Shown: positions 39,360-51,743 of the stretch, piece by piece | How the letters are laid out: every line of letters starts with the position of its first letter | Position numbering within the stretch: position 1 is the stretch's first letter | Source of the DNA: Yuukianura sp. NJ FZ-2021 | Taxonomy: Eukaryota | Reading direction: 5' to 3' | DNA length: 64,000 nucleotides | Assembly (NCBI GenBank): GCA_046563655.1 | Contig: CM102285.1 | Coordinates: 9,610,001 to 9,674,000 of the forward strand | Translations under genes and position numbers: made by a program | Notes under the pieces: generated by a model | What the model saw: only the letters and a program-made list of their open reading frames with translations | Database searches by the model: none | What the model was told of the DNA's origin: nothing

Positions 39360-39722
39360 ATGGGTGCTTCAGTAAGTGCTGCACAAAAAAGATTCTGTGA
39401 ATAGAACAGTAGGATAATAATTAAAAATAATTTTGAATTGTCTTTTTATTAGGTTTTGCCAGCTCTCTTGGTCATGCTCATGACACTATTAATCAATATG
39501 GCAGTTGTTCGAGGGCAACACGGTTGTCCAGGAATGACTTGTGTCGAAAACGGTACTTTTGCAGACAAGTCAGGATTACCCGAAGGACTTGGCTGCTACT
39601 ACTACTGCGAATGGCGGTCTGATTACGGAATGTGGTTCAGATCTGAGTTCAAATGCGAAAAATACCAAGGAATTCAGATGGTCTACAACGAAACCACCGG
39701 GGACTGCGAACTGCCCAAGTAG
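39360..39722 (+). CDS. Small secreted Cys-rich protein, chitin-binding type 2 (peritrophin-A)-like; exons 39360-39371, 39453-39722
   Basis: Signal peptide plus C..C.ENGTFAD...CYYYC...WFRSEFKC...YNETTGDC. Paralogous to the next gene. Confidence 0.7.
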
Positions 39723-40177
39723 TTTTAGTTTGATCCAAAACGATATCTATGAAACGCGTGGGGTATCTTTCAGTTTCTTGGATTAGTGTAACAACATTGT
39801 TACTTTCAATTAAACATGAGTCATGCAACAGTTCGACATAAATTTCAGTCTATCAACCAAAATTCCAGCACCAAATAAACGCTTGCGCATGAGTTCCAGA
39901 AATTTTACAATGGGCAATGGAGATGAACGGATTTGTTGAACTTTGGGAGATGAAACGGTTTTTTTTTTTACAAACTATTTACTCAGGAATAAAACTGGAA
40001 TTAGAACTGTTCGATTCTCCTTTGAAAATGCTCACCGACTAAGACTAGCGTAGTATAATACTTACTTTTGAAAGTGTGTCAATGACAAATCATAACTGAA
40101 ATACAGATTTTCTGATGTTTTTGGGTATATAAACCATTCGGAGGTGGTAAGAAGAGCAACCTGGAAAGTCTCCAAAA

Positions 40178-41011
40178 ATGGTAAGTTAAAATTGCATCCC
40201 TTTTCTAAATTATGTAATTTCATCTCGTCTGTAATATAATGAAAACGAAAATTTGAAGGCGAAAGTCGGAAAAGTAATATACTTTATTCTAAACTTCCAG
40301 CGCTTCTTTGTTACCGTTTTCCTTTGGGAAATTGTTTTGATGAACATGGGAGTGCTGGGTCACCGCACTACACGCGGAATTAAACTTCCTCCTGAGTGTC
40401 CTTTTGACTGCACTGTATCTGGTGAAGGAATACATGCCAACACCAGTCCGAGTACACCTGAGATTCAGTGTTCGCGTTACTACCACCTTTGCCAATTCAG
40501 AACCGATTACGGAAGGTGGTTTCGGACAGATTTCCAATGTTATGTGGGTCAAGTGTATTCCAATGCTACTGGAAAATGTCAGACTACTCCAGCACCAACC
40601 ACAGCACCGACGACGACATACCAGAGACAACAACAGCATCCACACCAGAGACAACAACAGCATCTACACCAGAGACAACAACAGCATCCACACCAGAGAC
40701 AACAACAGCATCCACACCAGAGACAACAACAGCATCCACACCAGAGACAACAACAGCATCCACACCAGAGACAACAACAGCATCCACACCAGAGACAACA
40801 ACAGCATCCACACCAGAGACAACAACAGCATCCACACCAGAGACAACAACAGCATCCACACCAGAGACAACAACAGCATCCACACCAGAGACAACAACAG
40901 CGTCCACACCAGAAAGAAACAACAACAGCGTCCACACCAGAGACAACAACAGCATCCACACAAATACCGATCTTTTCAGATCGTCCATTTGGTAGTAACC
41001 GTCTTGGATGA
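40178..41011 (+). CDS. Secreted peritrophin-A-like domain plus repeat stalk (mucin-like); exons 40178-40180 (ATG only), 40301-41011
   Basis: ATG|GTAAGT and ttccag|CGC. Signal peptide, then CSRYYHLCQFRTDYGRWFRTDFQC...YSNATGKC, which is similar to the 39360 gene, followed by a 24-bp repeat array. Confidence 0.7.
40621..40960 (+). repeat. Coding minisatellite, 14 units of CCAGAGACAACAACAGCATCCACA (24 bp); unit 13 carries a 4-nt insertion
   Basis: 12 near-identical units at 40621-40908, a 28-nt variant at 40909-40936, and a final unit at 40937-40960. Confidence 0.97.
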
Positions 41012-41526
41012 TCGATTATTTTCATTTTATAATGACTGCTATATATTGAGTTTTGTCTTAGATATCTAATAAAACTAAAAGTCGTACGTTAGCAGTGGCC
41101 TACTTTTGTTTATTAACTATTGCATAAAATTTAATCACTCCTTCATTTCAACTGGTTGCTGTATTATAGAATTTCTAAATAAAAATTCTAGAATATGACA
41201 TATTTGAGCCAATTTTTTTTCGAATTCAGAATTACTGAAAATTCGGGAATAACGATTCCGAAATGGCTTGAACTGACAAGATCAAGTAAATACATATCAA
41301 GCACTTACAACAAGCACCTACCCAGCTGCTTCCTCTGCAGAAACATGTTTGTAATGCCAAAGCTGCAGTTATGAATTCGTAATCAACGAACAATTGAAAC
41401 CTTACAAAGGGAATTTTCAAAGTGCCCATTAGGAAAACCAAACATTTTGAAGCGTTTTCAAAATCCGGAAAAAGGGCCGATTTTGCCTCACCTTCACTCT
41501 GAATTTTACCATCAACAGGATCAGAA

Positions 41527-44500
41527 ATGAAGTCGCTTTCCAATTTTTTCACATTTCTGCTTTCTCTTATTCCAGCCTCAAACGCAAAATTCTGTAAGTT
41601 TGAAAACTACAACAAATGTCTCTAAAATGGAAAAATAGGCGAATCAAGTTTTGCACTTTACTTTTCAGTGATTCTAGTGGATAAGCATTCAGAAAGCTGG
41701 ACATCGGCCTTCCGGCTCGGTTCATCTGAATTTGACGACATTAGTGGCGGGCATAGTTTTGAATTCAGGGCAATTCCGTATTTGAATGTGTCAAACTGGG
41801 AAGAAGGTTAAGAATTTGAAATTTCATACACTTTGACCCCAGTTGTTAGCATTTTTCAAAATCCCTTTACTACATTTATTTGGTTAGTGTAGCAATTTTC
41901 AAATGTAACTTTTTTTTCAACAATTTTAGTTTGTCAGTATATTTCATTTGGTGTATCTGCGGTTTTGGATTTGACGCATTGGATTGAAGCTGATTTCAAA
42001 CCGCGTGAATTCTTCCTCTCCAAATCCATTCCGTACTTCAAGGTTGAAGTTCCAATGAACGCGTTAATCAAAGGCGCCAATGCCCTCATGGAAGCGAAGA
42101 GTTCCACAAATGGATTTCTAATTTTTCATGATGACAATGGTAAAGTCAACGTCTGTTCTTCAAGAAAAAATTTGCCCGAGCTTTTTAAAAATTTCTTGTT
42201 AGAAAATTTTCTCGTTCGCAATTATTCTAGACGTGGGGCGTGCAATTCACCAAATACTTGGAAATACACTAATTCGTTACGCATTTCTTAATGCCGCCAC
42301 AATGGGAAAACTTATTGTGGAGAAATTCAGCTACCGGATCCCCTCGGGCGTTTTGCTTTTTGGAAATTTTCAACAATTTGAAAAGTTTATTAAGGAAAGT
42401 GGATCTATTATTCGAGACTTGACCGACTGGATATTTTCGTTCAATTCAATTCAAAACAGAATTCCAGAACTAAATATCTCCTTTCCATTTATTAGAGGGT
42501 ACTTTGACGAGCCTTTCTGTTGCAAATTGTTAGCTAAGCCCGTGATGGCTATAAATGCACCGCCTGCTGCAGAAATCACTGGCAAAACTACGCAAGCTAC
42601 CCATTGTACTCCTGCGGATTGCTTTGGAGATCCTGCTGAACTCTACTTGAAAAAATTGGCCCTTATTCTTTCCACTTCATTGTGGGAACTAGGCGGAACT
42701 GTTGTCAAAGTTGGATGCGATCCGACTGATTCCAACAACGGAGACGCTCAATTCACCGCAGATTTTTCGAAAAAGCTTGAGGAGGTAAAACTTTGAGAAA
42801 TAAAACTAGCCAAGCTGTAAATACTTCCTCCTGTTTTAGAAATCCGATGGATTATATTCCTTGCAAAATGAAAAGATGCTACTGAACGCGTCAATAACTT
42901 ACGAAGAATTTTCAAACAAAACCGCCAAACCTCTTGGTCGTTACTCGTTGACAACTGGGTTTGTCCACTCCCCCGACCATCAATTTCAAAAGCGTCCACT
43001 TTACTATCGCATTGGCATTGTAGATTCGAATGTAAGGACTTTAAACATGACGCAAATAGGAGATTTTTAAAATTCTGTTTTTCGAAATGATCGAACTGTT
43101 AGAGTAAACCGTGGACGTTTCGAGACCCCGTTACCGGAGAATGGATTGGTTACTGCATTGACCTCACCAAAGAAATCGCAAAACGGATGAACTTTACGTA
43201 TGACCTTGTCGTAAGTAACAGCTATGGATCTCGCAATAACGTCACGGGGAGATGGAACGGCCTCACTGGAGATCTTATTCATGGCGTAAATTCTTATTCT
43301 AAAAATTTAACTTCTTTTTGAAATCTGTCTAAACCGTCATGCTAATTATGATGTTTCGAAAACATTTCTAGAAGATAGATATCGCACTTGCCGATTTCAT
43401 TATGACAGCAGAACGGGAGGAGTACATCGATTATGTGTAAACATTAAAAAATTCTCAATTTGCCAAAAGTTAAAAGCATTTTCAAGTCTTATTTTCAGAA
43501 GATTTGTTTTACAGATCTCCATATTTTGAACAATCGGGATTGATTATCGGTACGTTTTTGATTTGTTCAGCTTTCCTATAAATTTCGTATGATTTCAGCA
43601 ATTTTAATTTGGTCAAATTTTTAGCAATGCAAAAACCTGTTGTCAAAGATTCCCTTTTCAAGTTCATGACAGTTCTAAGACCAGAGGTAAACAAAAAAAA
43701 GTTCTAATTTTAATTCGAGCAAGAGATGTAAGTTGAGATGAACTAATGAAAAGAAAAAACTTAAAAACTAAATCATGTTAAAATTAAATTTGCTCCGAAG
43801 GTTTGGTTTAGCATTGCGGGTGCAACAATTGCTACGGGATTCATGCTTTGGTTTCTGGACAAATTTTCACCGTATTCTGCACAGAATAATCCTCATAAAT
43901 ACAAACACTTCCGGTAAATTTCAAGTAACATGAATTGTCTAAAACAATTTCAAGAATGTTTAATCATGTGGCTTTTTATCCAGAAAATTCACCCTGAAAG
44001 AAAGTTTTTGGTTCGCCTTGACTTCTTTCACTCCACAAGGAGGCGGAGAACCCCCAAAAGGTTTTACATATTTAAAAATTTACATAATTTAAAAAAATTA
44101 GTAATTATAATTAGCTTATATATTTTATTTTTCAATTTGATAGCTTTCTCTGGCAGAACGCTTGTAGCTGCATATTGGATTTTCGTTGTCCTAATGTTGG
44201 CAACTTTCACCGCCAACTTGGCCGCATTTCTTACAGTGGAAAGGATGCAGAGTCCAATTAGGAATTTGGAACATTTGGCTGGACAGTCGAGTGTGAAGTA
44301 TTCCGTAGTAGACGATTCTACTGCAAATCGATTCTTCAGAAACATGGCAAATGCTGAAGAACTCTTATACCAGTAATCGTAACATCAATTTTGAAAAGCC
44401 TCTCATTACTTCATGTAAACTAAATTTTTAACAATACCTTTTTATTGTACTTTCTCTTCAGAATGTGGAGAAACTTGACATTGAGTGCTTCTGCTTCTGA

Positions 44501-45228
44501 AAAGCAGTACATTGTTTGGGAATATCCCATCAGAGAAATGTACATTCACATCCATTCAGTCATAGAGAAAACTGGTTATGTCTCAAACTACACCGAAGGG
44601 TTGGCACGGGTATGTTTATCAAAAATGTAGGACAAAATTTTTTTTCTGAAAAAATCCGAAAATTTTGCCTGAAAAGTCTGGAAAATGCCAAGGGTTGTCC
44701 TCATTATCCTCAACTTATAAATTTTAGGCTGCTGCTGACGGTTACTACGCATTCATCCATGATGCTGCGCAGACAAAGTACGAAGTGTACAGAAACTGCA
44801 ACTTGACCTTGATTGGAGAGCCCTTTGCCGAGAGCCCTTATGCCATAGCCGTGGCTCAAGGAAATCCACTGCAGGATAACATCTCCATGACCATTCTGGA
44901 GTTGCAAACGGAGCGCTTTTTTGAAAAACTGTCTACGAAGTACTGGTCACCGCAGTGTCTAGCTCCTGGAGAAGGCCAGGGTGATGGAATATCACTGGAG
45001 AGCTTAGGCGGGGTCTTCATTGCAACGATAATTGGACTTGGGATTGCTTTCATTTCATTGGCTTTTGAAGTTTTTGCAACAGCCAGGGCTAAGAAGAAAG
45101 CAAAAGTGGAGGCTGAATTGATCAAGCCGAAGTTCATTGTTCCCATGGATTTTTATGGAACTTCGAAAAAATTTGAACAGAACAAGGGCAACAAAGCGCT
45201 GAGCTTCTTGCCGGAAGTAGTGACCTAA
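41527..45228 (+). CDS. Ir8a: Ionotropic receptor co-receptor, IR8a-like (ATD + ligand-binding + channel), many short exons
   Basis: SFWFALTSFTPQGGGE, GRTLVAAYWIFVVLMLATFTANLAAFLTVERMQSP, MANAEELLYQMWRNLTL, VWEYPIREMY, GEPFAESPYAIAV, GISLESLGGVFIAT. TVERMQ distinguishes IR8a from IR25a (TVSRL). Confidence 0.85.
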
Positions 45229-45842
45229 AACTTTCGCAAAACAAAAATTGCACTTAAAAGTGACAGAAGAATAATCACCCTCATGCATCAATTTTGAAGC
45301 AAGCATAACAATATGCTTTGTAGATTACTGATCTCTAGTTCAAGTGACATTGTAGTCGTATTATCACGGTCGTTGATCCATGGAAAAATTAAAATAGATT
45401 CACATAGAGGAAGTAATTCGACAAAATTGCAAGTTGCAAAAAATGATCATTGTGGCGGGGGATGCAGCGGAAGATGAAAAATGGAGTGTATGGTGATGCT
45501 ACATTACATAATCAATGAAGGGAATCTTCCTTAATTATTTCGAATTGTGTCTCAGCGGGCACCGGCGGTGTGTTTTGCGTTGGGACCTCCGAAGTTGTTT
45601 CTTTTTTGTACCGTTTTGCTAATTTCGTATAAAAAGGTCCCGCAAAATTGTTTCTCACGCAGTCAGTTGTCAATTGACACATCGTACTTTTTCTTGCATG
45701 CTTGAATACACGCTAATCCAAGCATCTGTAAAATAAAAGTTTATTTGCAAATTCTAAAGAATAATTTTCCCAAATTTTAAAAAATTCAAAAATTTTCTTG
45801 ATAAAAATTGAAATTTCATATCGAAGCTCGAAGCATTTAGGG

Positions 45843-47605
45843 ATGGAGTCCGAATTCAACAAATGCATCTTTGTAAGCTTTTTTGATCCGCTTTAAGATG
45901 AACGAAGAATACATAAAACTTTGAAATTTTAAAAAAGTTGACTTGAAAATTTCAAATCTGTTCATAGGCATTGTTCTCCATGCTTTTATTGGCATTGGAC
46001 TACATCTCTTGCGGTGGTATTCACCTTCCAGAATACTTTTTGACTACAAATGATGAAATGGCGGAACGCTGTCAGTGGGACGGTCAAAAACTAGCCAATC
46101 CGAAATTCGGAGACAAGCTACTGCTGTGCCATTTTCATACTCCAGCGAACAAATGGGTTGTCTATCCATTTACTTGCATTCCAAATCATCGATTTGTGTC
46201 CGATGCTCAACGCTGCTTAAGATATCAAATCCTAGCCAATGCCAAAGGCCACCAACTTCTAACTTTCGAAACGTTTCCGGACGAAGGACTTATTACTGAA
46301 ATTCCAGATTCAGAAACTTCACATGAAAATTCAGTTTTTAGTTTTCAGAAAAGAATGCAAGAGAAAACGAAAATCCAGGGTAGGTCTGACCAAAAACAAA
46401 AACAAGGGAGAGATGAAACCTGCGGAGCAAGCTTACGTTCTTTGTCTTCAACAATTGCAACAATGAGCAAAACAATTGAAAAATTGTCAGCAAAACTGAA
46501 TCAACCTGCACCAAGCCCTACTTCCAACAATACTACCATCAATGTAAGAATTCCAGAATTTTTGGCACTAGCGGAACTGCTTAAAGGTGGACCAAGTACA
46601 CTCCAACTTTCTCCAAAAATATTAGAAGATGGAGAAAGTTCAAAAGTAACAAATCCAACAAAATCACATTCACCGGAGCACCGGTTTGAGAAAAACGATA
46701 CTCTGCTAAAAAATACTTCGACAAATGTTGAACACTCCGCCTTCAAGCCTATGCCTTGGATGCCCATGATGCAAACTACAACGGTGAAAACACCGTTTCA
46801 AAAGGTCACGGTACCAGCATTGGAGAAAGTCGAAGTAAATCCAAAAGTAGACACAGAGGATGCTTCCGCGTCTCACAATTCCGTACATGTTCGACCTGGA
46901 AATGGCTTTATGGATTTCCTTCTTAAAAGTTTTTTGACTCCCGTTCCACAACGATCTCCGATTTTGTCTCACCAAGTTCCGAAGCTTCCATACCAACTGA
47001 ACATTTCTAGACCACAGAACTACGGTTTCAAACCATTACCATTTCGACCAAGACCTTATCCACAACATTATAGTCACCATAGCCAAGGTCACCGGGGTCA
47101 AGGTCTCCCAAACATTCCTCCTAGTACCAATACAGCCACATCCGATCCACCAAAACCTCCTATGTTTGTCAACATGCTCTCATTGCTCCAGAAAATCAAT
47201 GAAGCCAGTCCGTTCAAGTCTGACGAATCCGACGAAGATGAAGAAATTAGCAGCGACGAATGGAATGGAATCTCACATGGATTTGGCGCCAATCCAAAAC
47301 CAGTTCCAGCGATGCCAGCGACGACCGGTACCAACGCCAATCACCTTCCAGCAGCGTCACCCGTCATTGCATCTTCCACGGTCATGTCTGTTCCCACAAG
47401 CACGTCTCCACCAAATTCGACTCAACCAGGCGGAAGTGCATCATCATCTACAAACATTCCCACGAGCACAGTCGTACCCTCAATGTTGACTCGGTCATCG
47501 GACTTTACAGAATTTGACAACAATGATGATGAGGCAGAAGAAGAAGTTGGTGAAAATGATGAAGCGTCATTGCCTCTCAACAATAGAAAACCACGGAGGG
47601 TGTAA
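45843..47605 (+). CDS. Secreted protein with an N-terminal degenerate chitin-binding-like Cys domain and a long Pro/Ser/Thr-rich disordered tail; exons 45843-45872, 45968-47605
   Basis: 544-aa ORF, short first exon ending TTT|GTAAGC, hydrophobic leader, and C-QWDG-...LLC...FTC...RF...QRC spacing. Confidence 0.65.
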
Positions 47606-48918
47606 TGACTTAGTCAAATAATATTCACTTCTTTAAGGACATGATTTTACGCTCATCATGATTACTTAATAACATTTGCCCTTAACAATGTTAGTGGAAT
47701 GACGAATGGGGCATGACGGTTTTTGACATGGAACTGTTGAAACGTTATGCCTCAGGACCAAATCTAACAGGAAACGGTGACAAAAAGTGCTAATTCTGCC
47801 GAGGGACTGTTGAACTCTCCGTGCCAATGCCAATTTTCTTCCTGCATGTTTCCGTCAATTAGGACTCGGAGTTTGTGCCATGGAATTTTTACTTGGAAAT
47901 TCCAATTTCGAGCAACGTGCAACAGTTTTTGCACTTTCGTGTGTTGCTTCGGTTTGTCAATTACCAAAGTAGTACTAGATGTAGTGGGCAATAATTATAG
48001 TTGTAAGTCAAAACTGAAATAAAATGAAGAACAAAATGAAATTTTTACCACTTCGAGTTTTTATTGACAAAAACTTGCCAATTTGAATTTCATGTGACAT
48101 TGAACTTTCTAATAGTCCAACTGTAATAATTTAAGTTTCGCCCGAAGGAGACGTGCAAAAAACAATTACGGGATGGTTTTTAATTATGAAAAGGCGGAGT
48201 AACTGATTTGTCCAAAATTACACAGTTATTCAACTGCAATGTTTCGGAATGACTTTTAAAGCAATAGGGTTTGTGCTTTGTGCACTAACAGATTTATACG
48301 GTCGTAAAGAACTCAAGCATAATGAATAAGAAGCTCATCAACGGGAAATAAAATGAAGATCGTTTTTTGGCCAAGAGACGCCAGGAAGAAAGTCTGGCTC
48401 TTCCGTGTTCTTTCCAAAAGAAGTTGACACGTCTATTCTTAGATTTTGAATGTTAGCAGAGCAGTGCTAAGGACTGAGCAAGAGGGCGGGTTCAAATTTA
48501 TTCCTATTTTAAGACGAAGATGATATCCAGAGGGGACAAAAACCAAAAAAGAATGCCAAAGTCTTGCGGTATGTTTGCTATTACATAACGGGAAGATTTA
48601 ATTGGTTGTACAAAAAGTTTATTTGTGGTTTGTAAGTGCTAAAGGCCTTGTTTGCTTTCTTTTTGCTAAAAGTTATTAAATTAAAAAAAGCCTACTAGGG
48701 ATTTGATTATTTCAGGCTCACAGGTATTATTGGCTTACGTGGAAATAATTTAAGAAGGTTGAGTGAAAGCAGACTTGCGAACGCATGAACAAAGTAAAAC
48801 CGGATGTAAATCTTCCAGTCAATCAGTAGCTGACTGACGCTTGAGGTCTGCGGCTCAGTCGCTGAAGTGTTCAGATCTGTTTTAAGTTTGATTTTAGGAA
48901 TTTTTAAATTTAAAAAAC

Positions 48919-51434
48919 ATGGAAGGAGATGAAGTTGAACGCACCAAGTGTCAACTGTGCATCGCCGGGTATGAATTCCTTGCTTTTCAACAAAAAATTC
49001 TTTTGCAATTTTCTTTTACATGAGACTTTTCAAAAACGGATGCCTCATGTTTTCAAAATGCTTTGTTTGAATTCCGTAGGTGCAAGAAAGTAACAACGTT
49101 TACGCTTTCACATGTTGGACTGCTGACGCTTGTCGTCTGCTACTGCCTAGTGGGAGCGGCCATGTTTGAAGCGTTGGAACTAGGTCACGAACAAGAAGTG
49201 ACGTAAAACATTTTTAAGAAAACTGAAAAACAAACAGATCCCTGGTAGCATTCCCATTTTACTTCTATAGGTAAAGTTAAAAATGAAAACAATGCGTGAA
49301 AATGTGGCTCATGACCTTTGGAACATGACGCAAGGAATGACATACATTGAACCTGGAAATTGGACAGAAAGTGCCAGGATAAGACTTGTGGTGCGAAATT
49401 TTAAGTAAAATTTCGGAAAATTTGTCGATAAAATGATTAATTTGAAATTTAGATTTTTAATTAAAATGAAGTTAGTAACTTACTGCTAGTAATTGCTTTT
49501 GTTAGGCCTTTGAGAGAAAGTTGGTCATGGCAATGAAGACCGATGGATGGGATGGCACAGAGGAGAAAGATAAGGTACAATGGACCAAACTCGGAGCATT
49601 GTTCTATTCCATCATTGTGATCACAACAATTGGCAAGACTTGTACACCTTGACCTTTCACTTTTGCGTTAGAAACAATACTGAAATGAACTTACTACAGG
49701 ATACGGACATATTGCTCCTAAGACTACTTGGGGCAGAATCATGACAATCTTCTACGCTATAATTGGAATTCCACTTATGGTCGTTTGCTGGTCTCACATT
49801 GGCGATTTTATGGCCAATTCGTTTCGTGTCATCTACTGGAAGGTTGAACCGATTTGGCTTTTGAACACGCTAAAATTAAAAATTAAACCAAAACTTAAAT
49901 CTTCTACATCATTGAATCCTCCTAAATCACAGGTTTGCTGTTACGTTTGCACAAGAAATCCAAGTCCTGCTGAAAGAGGAATTTCGTCAACCCGAAGTAG
50001 CCGCAGAAGCCATCGCCCAGTCCAAGGGTAAGTACTTACAATGCTTACAAAATTTGCACTTTTGTTGTAATTTGAAAGTGAAATTGAAGTTACTGTATTC
50101 AATTAAGCAAACTTTACCGTTGATATAGGAGTATCCGGATGAAATCAAGGTCAATTCGAAGATCAGCTAGGACATCTCAGAAATCCGCTGACTCCGCCAT
50201 TTCAGCCGACTCTGTTCATTCTGTAGCTTCTGACCCAGGCTTGTAAGGACATTCTGAAACAATTAAAGTAATATTTTCAAAATTTCTTATTTTCAAAATA
50301 TTAATTTAAAAAAAACACAGCCTTCATGCGGAGATGCGATCTCAGCATCATCGTAGTACTCATGGTCCCCACAGAAACGCACAACACTCGTCAACCTTAC
50401 CCAGGACAACCCAGCCAAAATCCAGCGGTCCACCTTGGCGACACGTTCGAATCCAAAATTGAACCAAAATCGAGTTGACATGACACTAAGCTTGAGGTGA
50501 CTTGAAAACCTATTTTTTTTATACAGCGATCAGCGAAATCCGAAGAACCCGAGTACTACTCAGCCACGTCGCCAGCAGCACTGAAAAACTTGCCAGTCCT
50601 TTTCAATCGGTACGCTGAAGACACTTATTCGTCCCCACCACAAGCACTGGAAACAACGCTGGAATTCTCTGGTGAAGAAGAAGAGGAGGAACCACCGCGG
50701 TCAGCAGGGCTCACGAGAAGCCGAATTCGCTCATCGCATCACCAAGCCCCTCATCCATCACGGTCATCTCGTTATGTTAGCTGAAACAATAAATTATAAT
50801 ATAATATTTATTATACATATAATATAACACGTATTATTTATGCTTTTGTTTGTACTTACAGCTTCCACCACCAGAGGAGCTGGACTATTGGGACGAAGAG
50901 GAGGAATACTTCGACGATGTCGGACATGAAGAAGAACGATACGAGAGGCGTCCGGTCCCAATATGGCTCTGCTCTTTTCTCGTCATCAGCTACATTGTTG
51001 GCGGTGCATTTCTGTTTAGCAATTGGGAAGGATGGGGAATGCTGGATTCGGCCTACTTCTGTTTCATAACACTAACGACTATCGGATTCGGAGATTTCGG
51101 TAAGTAGTACTTTCAGCACATCCGCGGACTAGCTACCATACCGTCAGTCAGCGTTTCTTAAATTTCGTACGTTCTTTTTACAGTCCCGGCTAGGCGACTT
51201 ACGGCAGATTCAGCAGTAAAATTCCACAAAACCTGTTTAAAATTGAAAAATGGATAAACGTTTCATGAAATTTTGAACTAACAGGTTAGCATTGCATTGT
51301 GTTCACTTTACCTCCTATTTGGAATTGCTCTGCTGGCTATGAGCTTCAACTTGGTTCAGGAGCAAGTAATCAACGCCTTTAAGGATCTAGCATTACGTTT
51401 GGGCATAATTTCAGAAGAAGATGAAGAAAGGTAA
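48919..51434 (+). CDS. Two-pore-domain (K2P/TWIK-family) potassium channel, paralog 2; ~13 exons including a 32-nt exon at 51184-51215
   Basis: [85 protein letters not shown]. Shares intron positions with paralog 1. Confidence 0.9.
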
Positions 51435-51743
51435 CATCAATTACAGAAATTAGTGCAATTATAAACAAATTGATTGTTGAAGTAGAACGTAGTAGATGAC
51501 TTGATTTTCATTGATCTTTAAAATCTTGCGTTTGATTAAAATAAGTTAAGGCTCAAATATGGACCACTTGAGTTTTTACATTGTCTGGGAGAATTGCATG
51601 GAACGTTATGCGAAAGAGAAAGCTAATTTTCAGATTTGGCTAGGATATGGCTACCTTACTTCTAATGATCTGAGTAACCTTTGTTCAATATCAGGAATGT
51701 CAGAGCAAGTTGATCTTAGTTTAAATTGGTTAACATAAAAACG

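Noticed and set aside
40621..40960. CRISPR-like array, or Cys-rich (CGCCCCLW)n and other alternate-frame proteins
   Set aside because: Head-to-tail repeats without spacers in a eukaryotic exon; the other ORFs are by-products of a stop-free repeat unit.
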